This document shows positions 8,549 to 18,983 of a stretch of 64,000 nucleotides of DNA, piece by piece. Source of the stretch: Candidatus Bathyarchaeota archaeon. GTDB lineage: Archaea; Thermoproteota; Bathyarchaeia; Bathyarchaeales; DTEX01. The translations under genes were made by a program, and so were the position numbers. Numbering within the stretch: position 1 is the stretch's first letter; each line of letters opens with the position of its first letter. Below the pieces are notes generated by a model. That model worked only from the letters and a program-made list of their open reading frames with translations, was not told where the DNA came from and searched no databases. Location: positions 32,001 through 96,000 of the forward strand of contig CAVQNT010000002.1 in assembly GCA_963714275.1 (NCBI GenBank). Reading direction: 5' to 3'.

Positions 8549-9836
8549 ATGAATTTCCCGCGGGTCTATCGCATTCGGCAATCTTTTGACCGCACCGCGG
8601 TCAGAGACATCCCGGGAACAGTTAAGGCTGAGTTGAAAAGACTTTCCCTGGAAAAACGCATTCAAGCCGGCCAACGGGTGGCCCTCACGGCCGGGAGCCG
8701 CGGGGTGGCGAACATTGCCGTGATCTTGAAGGCCGCCGTGGAATATCTCAAATCCATAGGAGCTAAGCCCTTCATCTTCCCGGCCATGGGCAGCCATGGA
8801 GGGGCAACAGCGGAAGGACAGGCCGCCCTGATCGCGCACTATAACGTGACCGAAGCGTTCACCGGAGCCCCTATCCTTTCTTCCATGGAAGTGGTGGAGA
8901 TTGGGAAGACAGAAGACGGTGTCCCGGTCTTCATCGATAAGAATGCTTCCCAGGCGGACTGGATCATCGTGGTCAACCGCATCAAGCCCCATACGAAATT
9001 CAAAGCTCCGATCGAGAGCGGGCTGATGAAGATGATGGCCATCGGCATGGGAAAACAGAAAGGGGCAGAGTATTACCACAAGGCCGCCATCCAGTATACT
9101 TTTCCTAAGATCATCGTCGACTCGGGCCGGGAGGTTTTAAGAAGAGCGCCCATTTTATGCGGCCTGGGTGCGGTAGAAAATGGCTATGACGAAACAGCCA
9201 AGATCGTGGCTATGAAACCTGAAGAATTAGAGATAAAGGAAAAGGAGCTCCTGGTGCTGGCCAAACAGATGATGCCCAGGCTCCCCTTCAATGAGATCGA
9301 TCTCCTAATCGTAGATGAAATGGGAAAAGACATCAGCGGCACGGGAATCGACCCGAATGTTACGGGGCGGAACCGGGATCTGCTGGGTGTCTTCCCCCAT
9401 CCGACAAACGTGAAAAGACTCTTTGTGCGAGACCTCACAGAGAATTCCAACGGGAATGCCACCGGCATCGGTTTGGCCGATCTTACTACAAAGAGACTGG
9501 TGGATAAGATCAATTATCAGGCCATGTATATGAACTGCATAACCGGCATCAGCATAGAGAAGGCTGCGGTGCCCATGCATTTTGAAACCGATCAAGAGGC
9601 TATAAAGGTGGCTTTAGGGTCTGTTGGCCTGATCCCTCCGGAGAGGAGCAAAGATCGTGCGGATCAAGAATACTTTACTGGTCGACGAAGTGGAAGTCTC
9701 CGAAGGGTACGGAGAGGAGCTGAAAAAGAGGTCGGACCTGGAAATTTTAGACGGCCCCAAGCCCATGTCCTTCGATGCCCGGGGAAACCTGGCTTCCCTC
9801 ATCGTTCATGGTGGCGCCCGCAAAGGAGATATCTAA
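8549..9836 (+). CDS. LarA-superfamily (DUF2088/DUF362-like) racemase/epimerase; +1 indel near 9648
   Basis: TAGSRG, PAMGSHGGATAEGQ, NRIKPH, ESGLMKM, GKDISGTGID, GNATGIG; removing one A restores KIVRIKNTL and a stop at 9836. Confidence 0.85.
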
Positions 9837-9839
9837 AAG

Positions 9840-10931
9840 ATGATCGATATCTTCCTGGGACCCAAACAGTATATCCAGCGAGAAGGGATTTTAGGGGAGG
9901 CCGGAAATTACTCGAAGGTTTTCGGCAAACGCCCTTTAGTTTTGGGCGATGAGTTGGTTTTATCTATCGTCCGCCCGACCTTAGAAGACCGGTTGGGCAT
10001 TGCCGGCCTTTCTCCCTCCTTCGTTCTTTTTGGGGATGAGTGCAGCCTGAGTGAGATTTCCCGATTGGTGGAAATCGTGCGCCAGAAGAATCTCGATTTC
10101 ATCGTGGGTACAGGAGGGGGTAAGGCAATTGATACCTCCCGGCTGGTTGCCGAAAAAATGAAGCTCCCCTTGGTCACCATTCCCACCAGCGCCGCAACCT
10201 GTTCGGGGGCTTCTGCCGTGGCCGTGGTCTATGAAAAGGGAGTCCGGCAAGCTACCGTAAATGGTAAAGGGGCGGATTTGGTTTTGGTTGATTCCGCGAT
10301 CCTAGCGCAAGCTCCCATCCGTTTGTTGGCCGCCGGCATGGGAGACGCCCTGGCTAAATGGTACGAAGGAAAACCATGTTATGACCAAATGAAGGAACCT
10401 GACTCAGCTACCCAGTCTGCCATGACTTTATCCACCCAGGTGAAAGAAACGATCTTATCGCTGGGGCTGAAAGCCAAGAGAGATGTAGAGGCCAAGAAGA
10501 ATTCCCCTTCATTGGAAAGGATCGTAGAAGCCAACATCCTCCTGACCGGGATCATCGGAGGTTTAGGGGGTTCAAAGTTCCGGGTGGCCATAGCCCATGC
10601 CTTGCTCTATGGGCTGACCGTTCTTCCCCAGGTTCATCAAAACCTACATGGGGAAATGGTAGCCTATGGCATCATCGTACAACTCTGCCTGGAAAGGAAT
10701 GAAAGGGAGCTGAAGGTCATCCTCCCTTTTTTTTCTAAACTGGGGTTGCCTTTAACCCTGAAAGACCTCGGGCTGGCGAATGTGGAGGACCCTCTCTTCT
10801 GGGAAGGGTTGAAGCGCACCTGCGCTCCCGGAAGTTCTGTGCATAATATGCCGTTCCCGGTGGACGAAAAAAAGCTCTACCAGGCCATGCTCGAGGCGGA
10901 TGAGCGGGCAAAGGCATTCATGAAAAAGTAA
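9840..10931 (+). CDS. Glycerol-dehydrogenase-like alcohol/polyol dehydrogenase
   Basis: GTGGGKAID, IPTSAATC, GDALAKWYE, AIAH, HGEMVAYG. Confidence 0.88.
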   Translation: MIDIFLGPKQYIQREGILGEAGNYSKVFGKRPLVLGDELVLSIVRPTLEDRLGIAGLSPSFVLFGDECSLSEISRLVEIVRQKNLDFIVGTGGGKAIDTSRLVAEKMKLPLVTIPTSAATCSGASAVAVVYEKGVRQATVNGKGADLVLVDSAILAQAPIRLLAAGMGDALAKWYEGKPCYDQMKEPDSATQSAMTLSTQVKETILSLGLKAKRDVEAKKNSPSLERIVEANILLTGIIGGLGGSKFRVAIAHALLYGLTVLPQVHQNLHGEMVAYGIIVQLCLERNERELKVILPFFSKLGLPLTLKDLGLANVEDPLFWEGLKRTCAPGSSVHNMPFPVDEKKLYQAMLEADERAKAFMKK

Positions 10932-11045
10932 GGGGGATTAGGAACAGAAGGAAGATTTTCGAGTCCAGGCAGATGCGGGCAGGCTGAGGATGGTAACTAT
11001 TTTTGGAGGCTAGGAAAGACGCCTCAAAAAGAGAAAGAAAGAAAA

Positions 11046-11582
11046 ATGAAGCGTTATGAGATCCGCATCGCCGGATTCGGCGGGCAGGGGGTGGTGACCA
11101 TCGGCAAAATCGTGGGGTTGGCCGCTGCCCTTTATGATAAGAAGAATGCCGTGCAGACCCAATCCTACGGGCCAGAGTCCCGAGGAGGGGCCTGCAAGGC
11201 GGAGGTCGTTCTTTCCGACGGGGAGATCCACTACCCGAAAGTGCGCTCGGCGGACGTGCTGTTGGCTCTATCGCAGACCGCCCAGGATGTTTACCTTAAA
11301 GACCTGCGGCCGGGAGGTCTTCTGATCATCGACCCGCTGACGGTGGTCAAGGAGGCTCCCCGTTCAGACATCCGGGTAGTAAAAGTTCCCACCGCAGAGA
11401 TCGCCTTGCAGGTCGGAAATAAAAAATTCCAGAATATGGTGGCCCTCGGGGTCCTCTACCAGCTGACCAAGGTCATCTCCCGGGAGTCCCTGGAGAAGGC
11501 CATCGAAGAGACTATCCCCCACAAGACTCTCTCGCAAAACATCGAAGCTTTCCAGAAAGGGATTGAATATGTCCGGGAATGA
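11046..11582 (+). CDS. 2-oxoacid:ferredoxin oxidoreductase gamma subunit (Kor-type)
   Basis: IAGFGGQG, QTQSYGPESRGG, NMVALG. Confidence 0.9.
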   Translation: MKRYEIRIAGFGGQGVVTIGKIVGLAAALYDKKNAVQTQSYGPESRGGACKAEVVLSDGEIHYPKVRSADVLLALSQTAQDVYLKDLRPGGLLIIDPLTVVKEAPRSDIRVVKVPTAEIALQVGNKKFQNMVALGVLYQLTKVISRESLEKAIEETIPHKTLSQNIEAFQKGIEYVRE

Positions 11583-12796
11583 TCATTCGGCCTTTGAGCC
11601 TTTGCTCACCGAAGAGGAAGCCAAGAAAGTAGTTCGTGGAGCGCTTCCCCCCGGGGATTATTATCTGTTCGGGAGCGACGCCTGCGTGGAAGGAGCGATC
11701 TTTGCCGGTTGCCGTTATTATGCCGGCTATCCGATCACCCCGGCCTCAGAAGTGATGGAGAAGGCGGCCGAGCGTTTGCCGCAGGTTGGGGGACGATTCA
11801 TCCAGATGGAGGATGAAATCGCCTCGGCTTGCTCCCTCATCGGAGCATCATGGGCCGGAGTCAAGGCCATGACGGCGACTTCGGGGCCGGGCTTTTCGTT
11901 GATGATGGAAGCCGTATCTTACGCCATCATGTCCGAAACCCCTTTGGTCATTGTCAATGTCCAGCGGCCGGGGCCTGGCCAAGGGTATATTACCTCTTCC
12001 CAGGAAGATGTCATGCAGGCTAAATGGGGCCACCACGGCGGTGGAAGCCTGATCGCTCTGGCACCCTCCTCGGTGCAAGAAATGTTCGATTTTACCGTCG
12101 AGGCTTTTAATTACGCGGAGAAATGGCGGGTACCGGTTATCCTTTTGGCCGATGAAACCGTGGCCCATATGCGGGAGAGGTTAACGGTCCGGTCAAAGGA
12201 AGAAATTAAGATTATTGACCGGGTAAGGCCTCAGGATTTGGCGATTCCTTACGAAAAATATCTTCCCTATGAAGGATACGAAGGAGATGTGCCGCCCATG
12301 CCCGCCTGGGGAGATGGCTACCGGGTAAACGTTGTAGGCTTGGTGCATCACCCGGATGGGAACGTCACCAAGTATAGCCCGGAGATGCATTTCGCTTGCG
12401 TGGAATCGAATCTTCCGGAAAATTGAAAACCATGCGGATGAGATCGCCCAGGTAGAAGGGTCATTCTTGGAGGGGTGCCGAAACCTGGTGGTGGCCTACG
12501 GGACCACAGCCCGTTCGGCTTCCGAGGCCGTCGAAGAGCTCAGGGCCAAAGGCCGGACAGACCTGGGCTTTCTCCGCCTGAAAACCCTCTGGCCTTTTCC
12601 GGAGAATAAGATCCGTTCCCTGGTTGGACAATTAAAAAATGTCTTCTTCCCGGAGATGAACCTGGGATTCATGCTCCATCCCTTGAAAGAGGCTTTACGA
12701 GACCGGGTTCAGCAATTTATCCCCGTTCCCTGCCTGGGACAATTGCATGCCCCCGATCAGATCATCGGAAAGATTGAAGAGGTCCTTGGAAAATGA
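11569..12796 (+). CDS. 2-oxoacid:ferredoxin oxidoreductase alpha subunit (KorA-type); frameshift near 12400
   Basis: YAGYPITPASE, QMEDEIAS, TATSGPG in ORF 11563-12426; VVAYGTTAR, LKTLWPF, PEMNLG in ORF 12356-12796. Confidence 0.88.
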
Positions 12797-12916
12797 GTCC
12801 ATAGTCCATGGTCGGCAGTCTACGGTCTTGGATTGAGGTAAAGTGGGTTGTGGACTATCCACTGTGGATTCTTTTATCTTTACACTCTGCGTGATCCTTG
12901 GGTCGAAAGGATAGAA

Positions 12917-13741
12917 ATGAAACACCCCATGTTGCAATACCTGAAGGAGACCGGTATGTACGGAGACCGGTTTCCTACCATCTTTTGTCCAGGATGCGGC
13001 ATCGGCCAGGTACTGAACTACACCCTGGAAGCAGTGGATCACCTCGTGCAGAAAGACGGCATATCCCGCGAGCGCTTTTTCTTTGCCTCCGGGGTGGGAT
13101 GCTCGGCCCGTTTGACGTCCCATTACATGGGCTTCGATTCCATCTGGTCGCTCCACGGCAGGGCGCCGGCGGTGGCTACGGGCGCGCTTCTGGCCCGCCC
13201 AGAGTTGAAAGCCATCGTCTTCACCGGGGATGGAGATGTAGCGGCCATCGGCGGGAACCACTTTATCCATGTCTGCCGCCGTAACTTGGACATGACCCTG
13301 ATATGTATGAACAACGGCCTCTACGGGATGACGGGGGGGCAATCGGCCCCAACGACTGCCCGCGGAATCCCATCGACTACTTCCCCTTACGGGAACGTGG
13401 AGAATGCTTTTGATCTTTGCGAACTGGCCATTACCGCTGGCGCAAGTTACGTGGCCCGCTGGACCACGGTGCATCCCCAGCAATGTATTCAGGCCATCGA
13501 AAAGGGAATCCGCAAGAAGGGCCTGGCTTTCATCGAGATCATGACTCAATGCCCCACTCATTGGAAACAGGAACCTTCAAAGATGATGAAAAAATTTCGT
13601 TCCCAGGCGGTGCGTTTTTCGCCAGAAAAAGGAAAGGAAACTTTGAAGAAAGATCAATTCTGGGTGGGAGAGTTCATGGATAAAGACCAGCCGGAATGGC
13701 TGGAAACCTACCAGAAGATCATCGACCGGTTTCAAAAATAA
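12917..13741 (+). CDS. 2-oxoacid:ferredoxin oxidoreductase beta subunit (KorB-type)
   Basis: FCPGCGIG, SGVGCS, LHGRA, GDGDVAAIGGNH, NNGLYGMTGGQ. Confidence 0.92.
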   Translation: MKHPMLQYLKETGMYGDRFPTIFCPGCGIGQVLNYTLEAVDHLVQKDGISRERFFFASGVGCSARLTSHYMGFDSIWSLHGRAPAVATGALLARPELKAIVFTGDGDVAAIGGNHFIHVCRRNLDMTLICMNNGLYGMTGGQSAPTTARGIPSTTSPYGNVENAFDLCELAITAGASYVARWTTVHPQQCIQAIEKGIRKKGLAFIEIMTQCPTHWKQEPSKMMKKFRSQAVRFSPEKGKETLKKDQFWVGEFMDKDQPEWLETYQKIIDRFQK

Positions 13742-13748
13742 AAGAATT

Positions 13749-13876
13749 GCCACAGAGGTCACAGAGGACACTGAGGCGAAAGGAATGTAATTCAAACGAT
13801 AAATGTCAAAACCCAAATTGAGGGTTTTGACTATTGATTTTATGAATTCTCTGTGCTCTCGGTGCCCTCTGTGGCT
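13749..13876. repeat. 9-mer repeat inverted element (CACAGAG ... CTCTGTG)
   Basis: gccacagaggtcacagaggacactgag ... ctctgtgctctcggtgccctctgtggc; short relative at 16407-16456. Confidence 0.75.
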
Positions 13877-13904
13877 AAAAAAAAATTGGGGATTGAAAGA
13901 AACC

Positions 13905-14108
13905 ATGCCCAAATTGTTCATAGAAGACAGATATTGCAAAGGTTGCGGAATCTGCATAGAGTTTTGTCCGGCGAAAGTTCTGAAGACTTCAAAAAAGATG
14001 AATGCCCGGGGCTATTTTCCGCCGGAAAGCAAGGAGATGGAAAAGTGCAAGAAGTGCGGCATGTGCTCGCTTCTTTGCCCGGACTTTGCTATCGTCGTTT
14101 CCGATTAA
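13905..14108 (+). CDS. 2[4Fe-4S] ferredoxin / OFOR delta subunit
   Basis: CKGCGICIEFCP and CKKCGMCSLLCP. Confidence 0.9.
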   Translation: MPKLFIEDRYCKGCGICIEFCPAKVLKTSKKMNARGYFPPESKEMEKCKKCGMCSLLCPDFAIVVSD

Positions 14109-14260
14109 TTGAATTCCCGTCCCCCCTTTTATCAAATGATCTCAAGAAGATTTCTCTTGACAGGGCATTCTTAAATGATAAAAAAGGAATACCCTTCATG
14201 CGAATTTTGGCATCGGCTGCCTCAAAATATGGGTTTACCCAAACTCGATAAACAATAGTT

Positions 14261-14414
14261 AGTGCCCATCCGGAAACCCAGTTTTCCCCTCCCCCTCGAC
14301 GGGGGAGGGAAGGGTGGAGGTGATAATGGTTAAGAATTTTAAAGTCTTCCGTTTTGATCCCCCCTCACCCCGCCCCTCTCCCTCCAGGGGGGAGGGAGTT
14401 TCCGGATGAAAACC
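14261..14414. mobile_element. MITE with CATCCGGAAAC terminal IRs and REP-like interior
   Basis: agtgcccatccggaaac ... gtttccggatgaaaacc, flanked by AGTT on both sides; internal cccctcccc/ggggaggg hairpins. Confidence 0.7.
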
Positions 14415-14441
14415 AGTTAGCGATTACGAGGAAAAGCGGGA

Positions 14442-14903
14442 ATGAAAAGAGCCTGGCAAATTATGTGCATGGCCTTTGTGGCCTTGTCAGTTTTTACACT
14501 GGTATTATCTTTTGAGTACCCCTATAAGGACAGACTGGGCCCTGGACCTGCCTTCTTTCCCGTATGGATGAGCATCATAACCGGGGTATTGTCCCTGGCC
14601 TTGTTTTTCCAGACAACTTGGGGAAAGAGTGTGGCAGATGCTGCGGCTACTCTCTTACCCGAGCGCCAAGGGGTGTGGCGGATCATGATCATTCTGGTCG
14701 CATTATTAGGATGTCTGGCTCTCCTCGATCCTCTGGGCTTCCGTATCAGCCTTTTCCTGTTCCTCCTTTTCCTCCCGCTGGGCCTCGGGGTGGGCAATTG
14801 GTGGGTTACCCTGATATTCGCCGTAGCCGGCAGCTTCGGGATTTTTCATGTCTTCTACTATTGGCTAAAAGTACCTTTGCCCATGGGGATGTTCGGTATT
14901 TAA
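14442..14903 (+). CDS. tctB: Tripartite tricarboxylate transporter TctB
   Basis: GPGPAFFP motif, several TM segments, C-terminal LKVPLP. Confidence 0.85.
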   Translation: MKRAWQIMCMAFVALSVFTLVLSFEYPYKDRLGPGPAFFPVWMSIITGVLSLALFFQTTWGKSVADAAATLLPERQGVWRIMIILVALLGCLALLDPLGFRISLFLFLLFLPLGLGVGNWWVTLIFAVAGSFGIFHVFYYWLKVPLPMGMFGI

Positions 14904-14912
14904 GGAGGGAAT

Positions 14913-16399
14913 TTGGACGCATTCAATACTGGATTCAGGGCTTTGCCGTAGCCACACTCCCAATGAATCTCTTGTATGCCTTCATCGGCTGTGTCCTGGG
15001 CACCCTCATCGGCGTTCTGCCGGGACTGGGTCCCGCAGCGGGGACGGCCATTCTCATTCCCGTCACCTTTAGCCTGGACCCCATCGGGGGGATCATCATG
15101 CTGGCCGCCATTTACTACGGAGCCATGTATGGGGGAACCATCACCTCGGTGCTGGTGAATGTACCAGGAGAGGCAGCCTCGGTCATAACCTGCCTGGACG
15201 GCTACCAGATGGCCAAACAGGGGAGGGCTGGCCCGGCCCTGGGGATCGCAGCGATTGGCTCCTTCATCGGGGGTACCTTCGCTACCTTGGCCCTTATGGT
15301 GGTATCCCTGCCCCTGGCCAACTTTGCGTTGCGTTTCGGCCCCCCTGAGGTATTCTCCCTGCTGGTGGTAGGTCTCTCCCTGGTAACGGGCCTTTCTGGA
15401 CGCTCTTTACTGGCCGCGCTGGTCATGACCCTTTTCGGGCTGATGCTGTCGATGATTGGGATGGACCCGGTACGAGGGGCTCCCCGTTTCACCTTCGGCA
15501 TCCCCCCGCTGTACGATGGCATTGGCTTCATACCTGTAGTCATGGGGCTGTTCGGCATCGGTGAGATTCTGCTGAGCATGGAGGCACCCGTACTGGAGGT
15601 CATCAAGACCAAGCTGACCGATCTCCTGCCCAAGCGGGAGGAATGGAAGGTTTCCACGGGCGCCATCGGCCGGGGGACGATCATAGGGTTCTTTTTAGGG
15701 CTAATCCCGGGCATCGGTGCCATCATACCTACTTTTCTCGCTTACGCTGTGGAGAAGAAAGTATCTAAACACCCGGAGAAATTCGGCACCGGGGTCATCG
15801 AAGGGGTGGCCTCTCCGGAAACGGCCAACAACGCTTATGCCAATGGAGCCATGGTCCCCTTGCTCTCCCTGGGGATACCAGGGTCTCCCACCCTCGCCGT
15901 GCTGATGGGGGCATTCATCATCCACGGTCTTACTCCCGGTCCCTTCCTTTTCAAAGAGCGCCCGGATGTGGTGTGGGGCCTCATTGCCAGCCTTTATTTG
16001 GGGAATGTTATGTTACTTATTCTTAACCTGCCCCTGGTTGGCCTCTGGGCCAAGCTTCTTGAAATCCGGTATCAATATCTCTACCCTGGAATCCTGCTTT
16101 TCTGTATTTTAGGAGCTTATAGCTTAAACCAGAGCGTGTTTGATGTAGGGGTGATGGTAGCCTTCGGGGTTCTGGGCTATATTTTCCGCAAACTGGACTG
16201 GCCCTTGGCTCCGACGGTCCTGGCTCTCATTCTGGGGCCAATGATGGAGAGGGCTTTGCGAACCTCACTGGAAATGTCCGGCGGAGATCTGAGTATCCTC
16301 TTCACCCGGCCCATCTCGGCCGTTCTCCTTATCGCGGCAGCCATTGTCCTGCTCACCCCAGCGGTTCGCCTTTTGGGGCGGCGGGCTGGCAAAGATTAA
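14913..16399 (+). CDS. tctA: Tripartite tricarboxylate transporter TctA (probable indel just after the TTG start)
   Basis: GTLIGVLPGLG, YYGAMYGG, NVPGE, PETANNA, LGIPGS; GGAGGG RBS before 14913. Confidence 0.92.
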
Positions 16400-16480
16400 A
16401 ATGCTGAACCACAGAGGACCCAGAGGTAGATAACTTCTCCATGGTCTCTGTGGTTAAATAAATAAGTAAGGAGGGGCAAA

Positions 16481-17446
16481 ATGAAAGGAAGATTCGTCAT
16501 CAGCTTAATTTTCGCGTTTATGACGGCCATCGTGGGTAGCGCCTATGCCGCAGATTATCCTACGAAGCCGATCACCCTCATGGTTCCTTACCCGGCCGGA
16601 GGCAGCTCCGACGTGGGCGCCCGTATCGTGGCAGCCATCGCCGAGAAGCAAATTGGCCAACCGATCGTGGTGGTCAACAAGGCTGGCGCTGGAGGACAGG
16701 TGGGCTGGACAGAGCTGGCCAGGCAGAAGCCCGATGGTTACTATCTGGGCGGCATCAACCTTCCCCATCTTCTGACTGCTGTGCTGGACCCAGAGCGGAA
16801 AGCTACCTTCAAGGCAGAGGATATCGTTCCGATCATCAGCCAGGCCCTCGACCCCACTACAGTCTCCGTGAGGCCGGACAGCCCCTGGAAGACCCTTAAA
16901 GATTTAATTGACGACGCTAAAAAGAGACCTGGCCAAATCCCTGCCGGCATCGTGGGCTATCTCCAGGATGACGAGATTGGATATTTCCAGTTAGCCGAGG
17001 CAGCGGGTATAGAAATGAGGTTGGTCTACTTTGATGGGGCTGCCCCCGCCATCACTGCTCTCCTTGGAAAACATGTGGATGTCCTCTTCTGCACCGTGGC
17101 AGACAACTTCACCCAGTGGAAGGCAGGAAGAATACGCATGTTGACAATAATGGACAAAGAGAGGACTAAGTTCTACCCCGATTTGCCCACCACGGCGGAG
17201 CTGGGCTATCCCACCGTTATCTCTGCCTCCACTCGAGGCATCGCCGGCCCTAAAGGGATCCCGGATCCCATCCTCAAGAAGCTTTATGATGTGTTCAAAA
17301 ATGCGATGATGACCAAAGAGCACATGGATAGGCTGGAGAATGCTGGCATGCCGGTCAAGATCATGGTAGGCGAGGAGTTCGTCAAATACTATTGGGATAG
17401 CTACAAAGTAGCCAAGAAATGGGTGGATCACGTCCGAAAGAAATAA
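16481..17446 (+). CDS. tctC: Tripartite tricarboxylate transporter substrate-binding protein (TctC/Bug)
   Basis: Signal peptide, YPTKPITLMVPYPAGGSSD, PDGY, PDLPT. Confidence 0.92.
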   Translation: MKGRFVISLIFAFMTAIVGSAYAADYPTKPITLMVPYPAGGSSDVGARIVAAIAEKQIGQPIVVVNKAGAGGQVGWTELARQKPDGYYLGGINLPHLLTAVLDPERKATFKAEDIVPIISQALDPTTVSVRPDSPWKTLKDLIDDAKKRPGQIPAGIVGYLQDDEIGYFQLAEAAGIEMRLVYFDGAAPAITALLGKHVDVLFCTVADNFTQWKAGRIRMLTIMDKERTKFYPDLPTTAELGYPTVISASTRGIAGPKGIPDPILKKLYDVFKNAMMTKEHMDRLENAGMPVKIMVGEEFVKYYWDSYKVAKKWVDHVRKK

Positions 17447-17530
17447 TCAAAGGCGAAAGCGAAGGTAGCAGCCCGGACCATGCGGGAATGGTAAAGAAGA
17501 GGAACGTTCGGGGGGTATTTCATGCGCTAC

Positions 17531-18820
17531 TTATTTTTCTTCCGGTGGTCTGAGCGCACGAAAACTGCGGTAAAGTAGCAAGTCGTACACGATCTTCAGG
17601 CCGCCAGACAGGAAAAAAGGTACGCCCGCCAACGCTGCCTGAGCCAGTAATGGCCCCGTAAAGACCGGCGATAAAGATGCTCCAGTCGTGCGGGCAATGC
17701 CGGTTACCCCCGCCGCGGCCGAACGCTCATCCGGGTCCACTACGGCCATCGTGTAAGATTGGCGGGTAGGCACGTCCATCTGGGAGATGCTGAATCGCAG
17801 CAGCAACATCGTAATCGCCAGGGGTAGGTTGGGCATGAGGGGGACCAGGATCAGCAAGATGTTGGAGGGGATATGCGTAAATACCATCGTCCGAATCAAC
17901 CCAATGCGGGAAGCTACCCAGGCGGCAGATAATGCTGAAAGGCCAGCAAGGATGTTTGCTCCGAAGAAGATGCCGCCCAGCAACGCTGGTTGTACATTGA
18001 AGCGTACGTGGAACCAGTAGGCCACGATACTCTGGAGGACAAAGCCGCCGGCGAAGGCATCCAGCGAGAAGAGGGCGGAGAGTTTGAAAACAACTCTCCG
18101 CGACCGATGCAGACCAAGGCGGCCTTTCTTCGGCGGAGAAGAACCGGGTGGGCCGGCTTTTTGATATATTTCTACAACGGGCGAAAGTTTGGTGAATAAA
18201 AGCCCCAGGATCAGTCCGATGGCCGCATAGCCAATCACAATCACCCGGTAGCTTGACAGAGGCGCCAGGCCTGCACCCTGCGCAACCGCAGCCAGCCCTC
18301 CACCGCATAGCGAACCCAACGCCGTAGCAAAAGAACCGATTAGATTATACCAGGCAAAAACCTGGGTGCGCCGGTGGTCTTGAATAATCTGGGATAGCGC
18401 CGCCTGTTCAATGGACAAAAAGGGTCCGACTTCGTAACCGCTGGGGCTGATCACGCCGATGGTGGCTGCAATCAGCAGCAGCACGAAGTTGCGCGTCAGC
18501 GCGAATAATATTCCCGCGAAGACCATCAGGACTGCGCCGACGATGAGCATCCGCCTCCTCCCCATTCGGTCGGCTGTCGTAGTTATCCCCAGGGAAATGA
18601 TTGTGTCGCCGATCAGGGTCAGGGTGAGCAACAGGCCAATCTGGGTTTCACTCAGGCCAGCTTGGGCCAGATAGAGCATGAGCACGACGGACAAGAACCC
18701 ATAGGCAAACAGACGTGCGGTGCGGGTGATGAAAAGGAGACGGCCGTCAGGACTCAAGGCCCGAAGATCCTGAAATATACGTAATTTGAAAAGCATATGG
18801 GGGTTCCCTCGGAATCTCAC
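17531..18820 (-). CDS. MFS transporter
   Basis: ADRMGRRR motif A, ~12 TM, QMDVPTRQSY. Confidence 0.88.
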   Translation of the reverse strand: MRFRGNPHMLFKLRIFQDLRALSPDGRLLFITRTARLFAYGFLSVVLMLYLAQAGLSETQIGLLLTLTLIGDTIISLGITTTADRMGRRRMLIVGAVLMVFAGILFALTRNFVLLLIAATIGVISPSGYEVGPFLSIEQAALSQIIQDHRRTQVFAWYNLIGSFATALGSLCGGGLAAVAQGAGLAPLSSYRVIVIGYAAIGLILGLLFTKLSPVVEIYQKAGPPGSSPPKKGRLGLHRSRRVVFKLSALFSLDAFAGGFVLQSIVAYWFHVRFNVQPALLGGIFFGANILAGLSALSAAWVASRIGLIRTMVFTHIPSNILLILVPLMPNLPLAITMLLLRFSISQMDVPTRQSYTMAVVDPDERSAAAGVTGIARTTGASLSPVFTGPLLAQAALAGVPFFLSGGLKIVYDLLLYRSFRALRPPEEK

Positions 18821-18983
18821 CTCATGAACTAGAAAGTCTGGCCGCGCGGGGACTTTTTCATAATTCTTTGTAAAGTTATTAGAGCTGGACTAGGAAATAT
18901 ATAAGGTGAATCCTGTATTTTATGAGGAGGGATTCCGTATTTTGAGGCTGGCGGGGATGAGATAGAAAAAAATAGATGTGGGA

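Noticed and set aside
9648-9952. Novel basic C-terminal tail on the LarA-like protein
   Set aside because: Frameshift artefact; the alternative frame restores the conserved RIKNTL motif and stops at 9836.
14564-14912. Apparent 115-aa N-terminal extension of TctA / TctB-TctA overlap
   Set aside because: It overlaps tctB out of frame; an RBS and TTG at 14913 plus one indel explain it.
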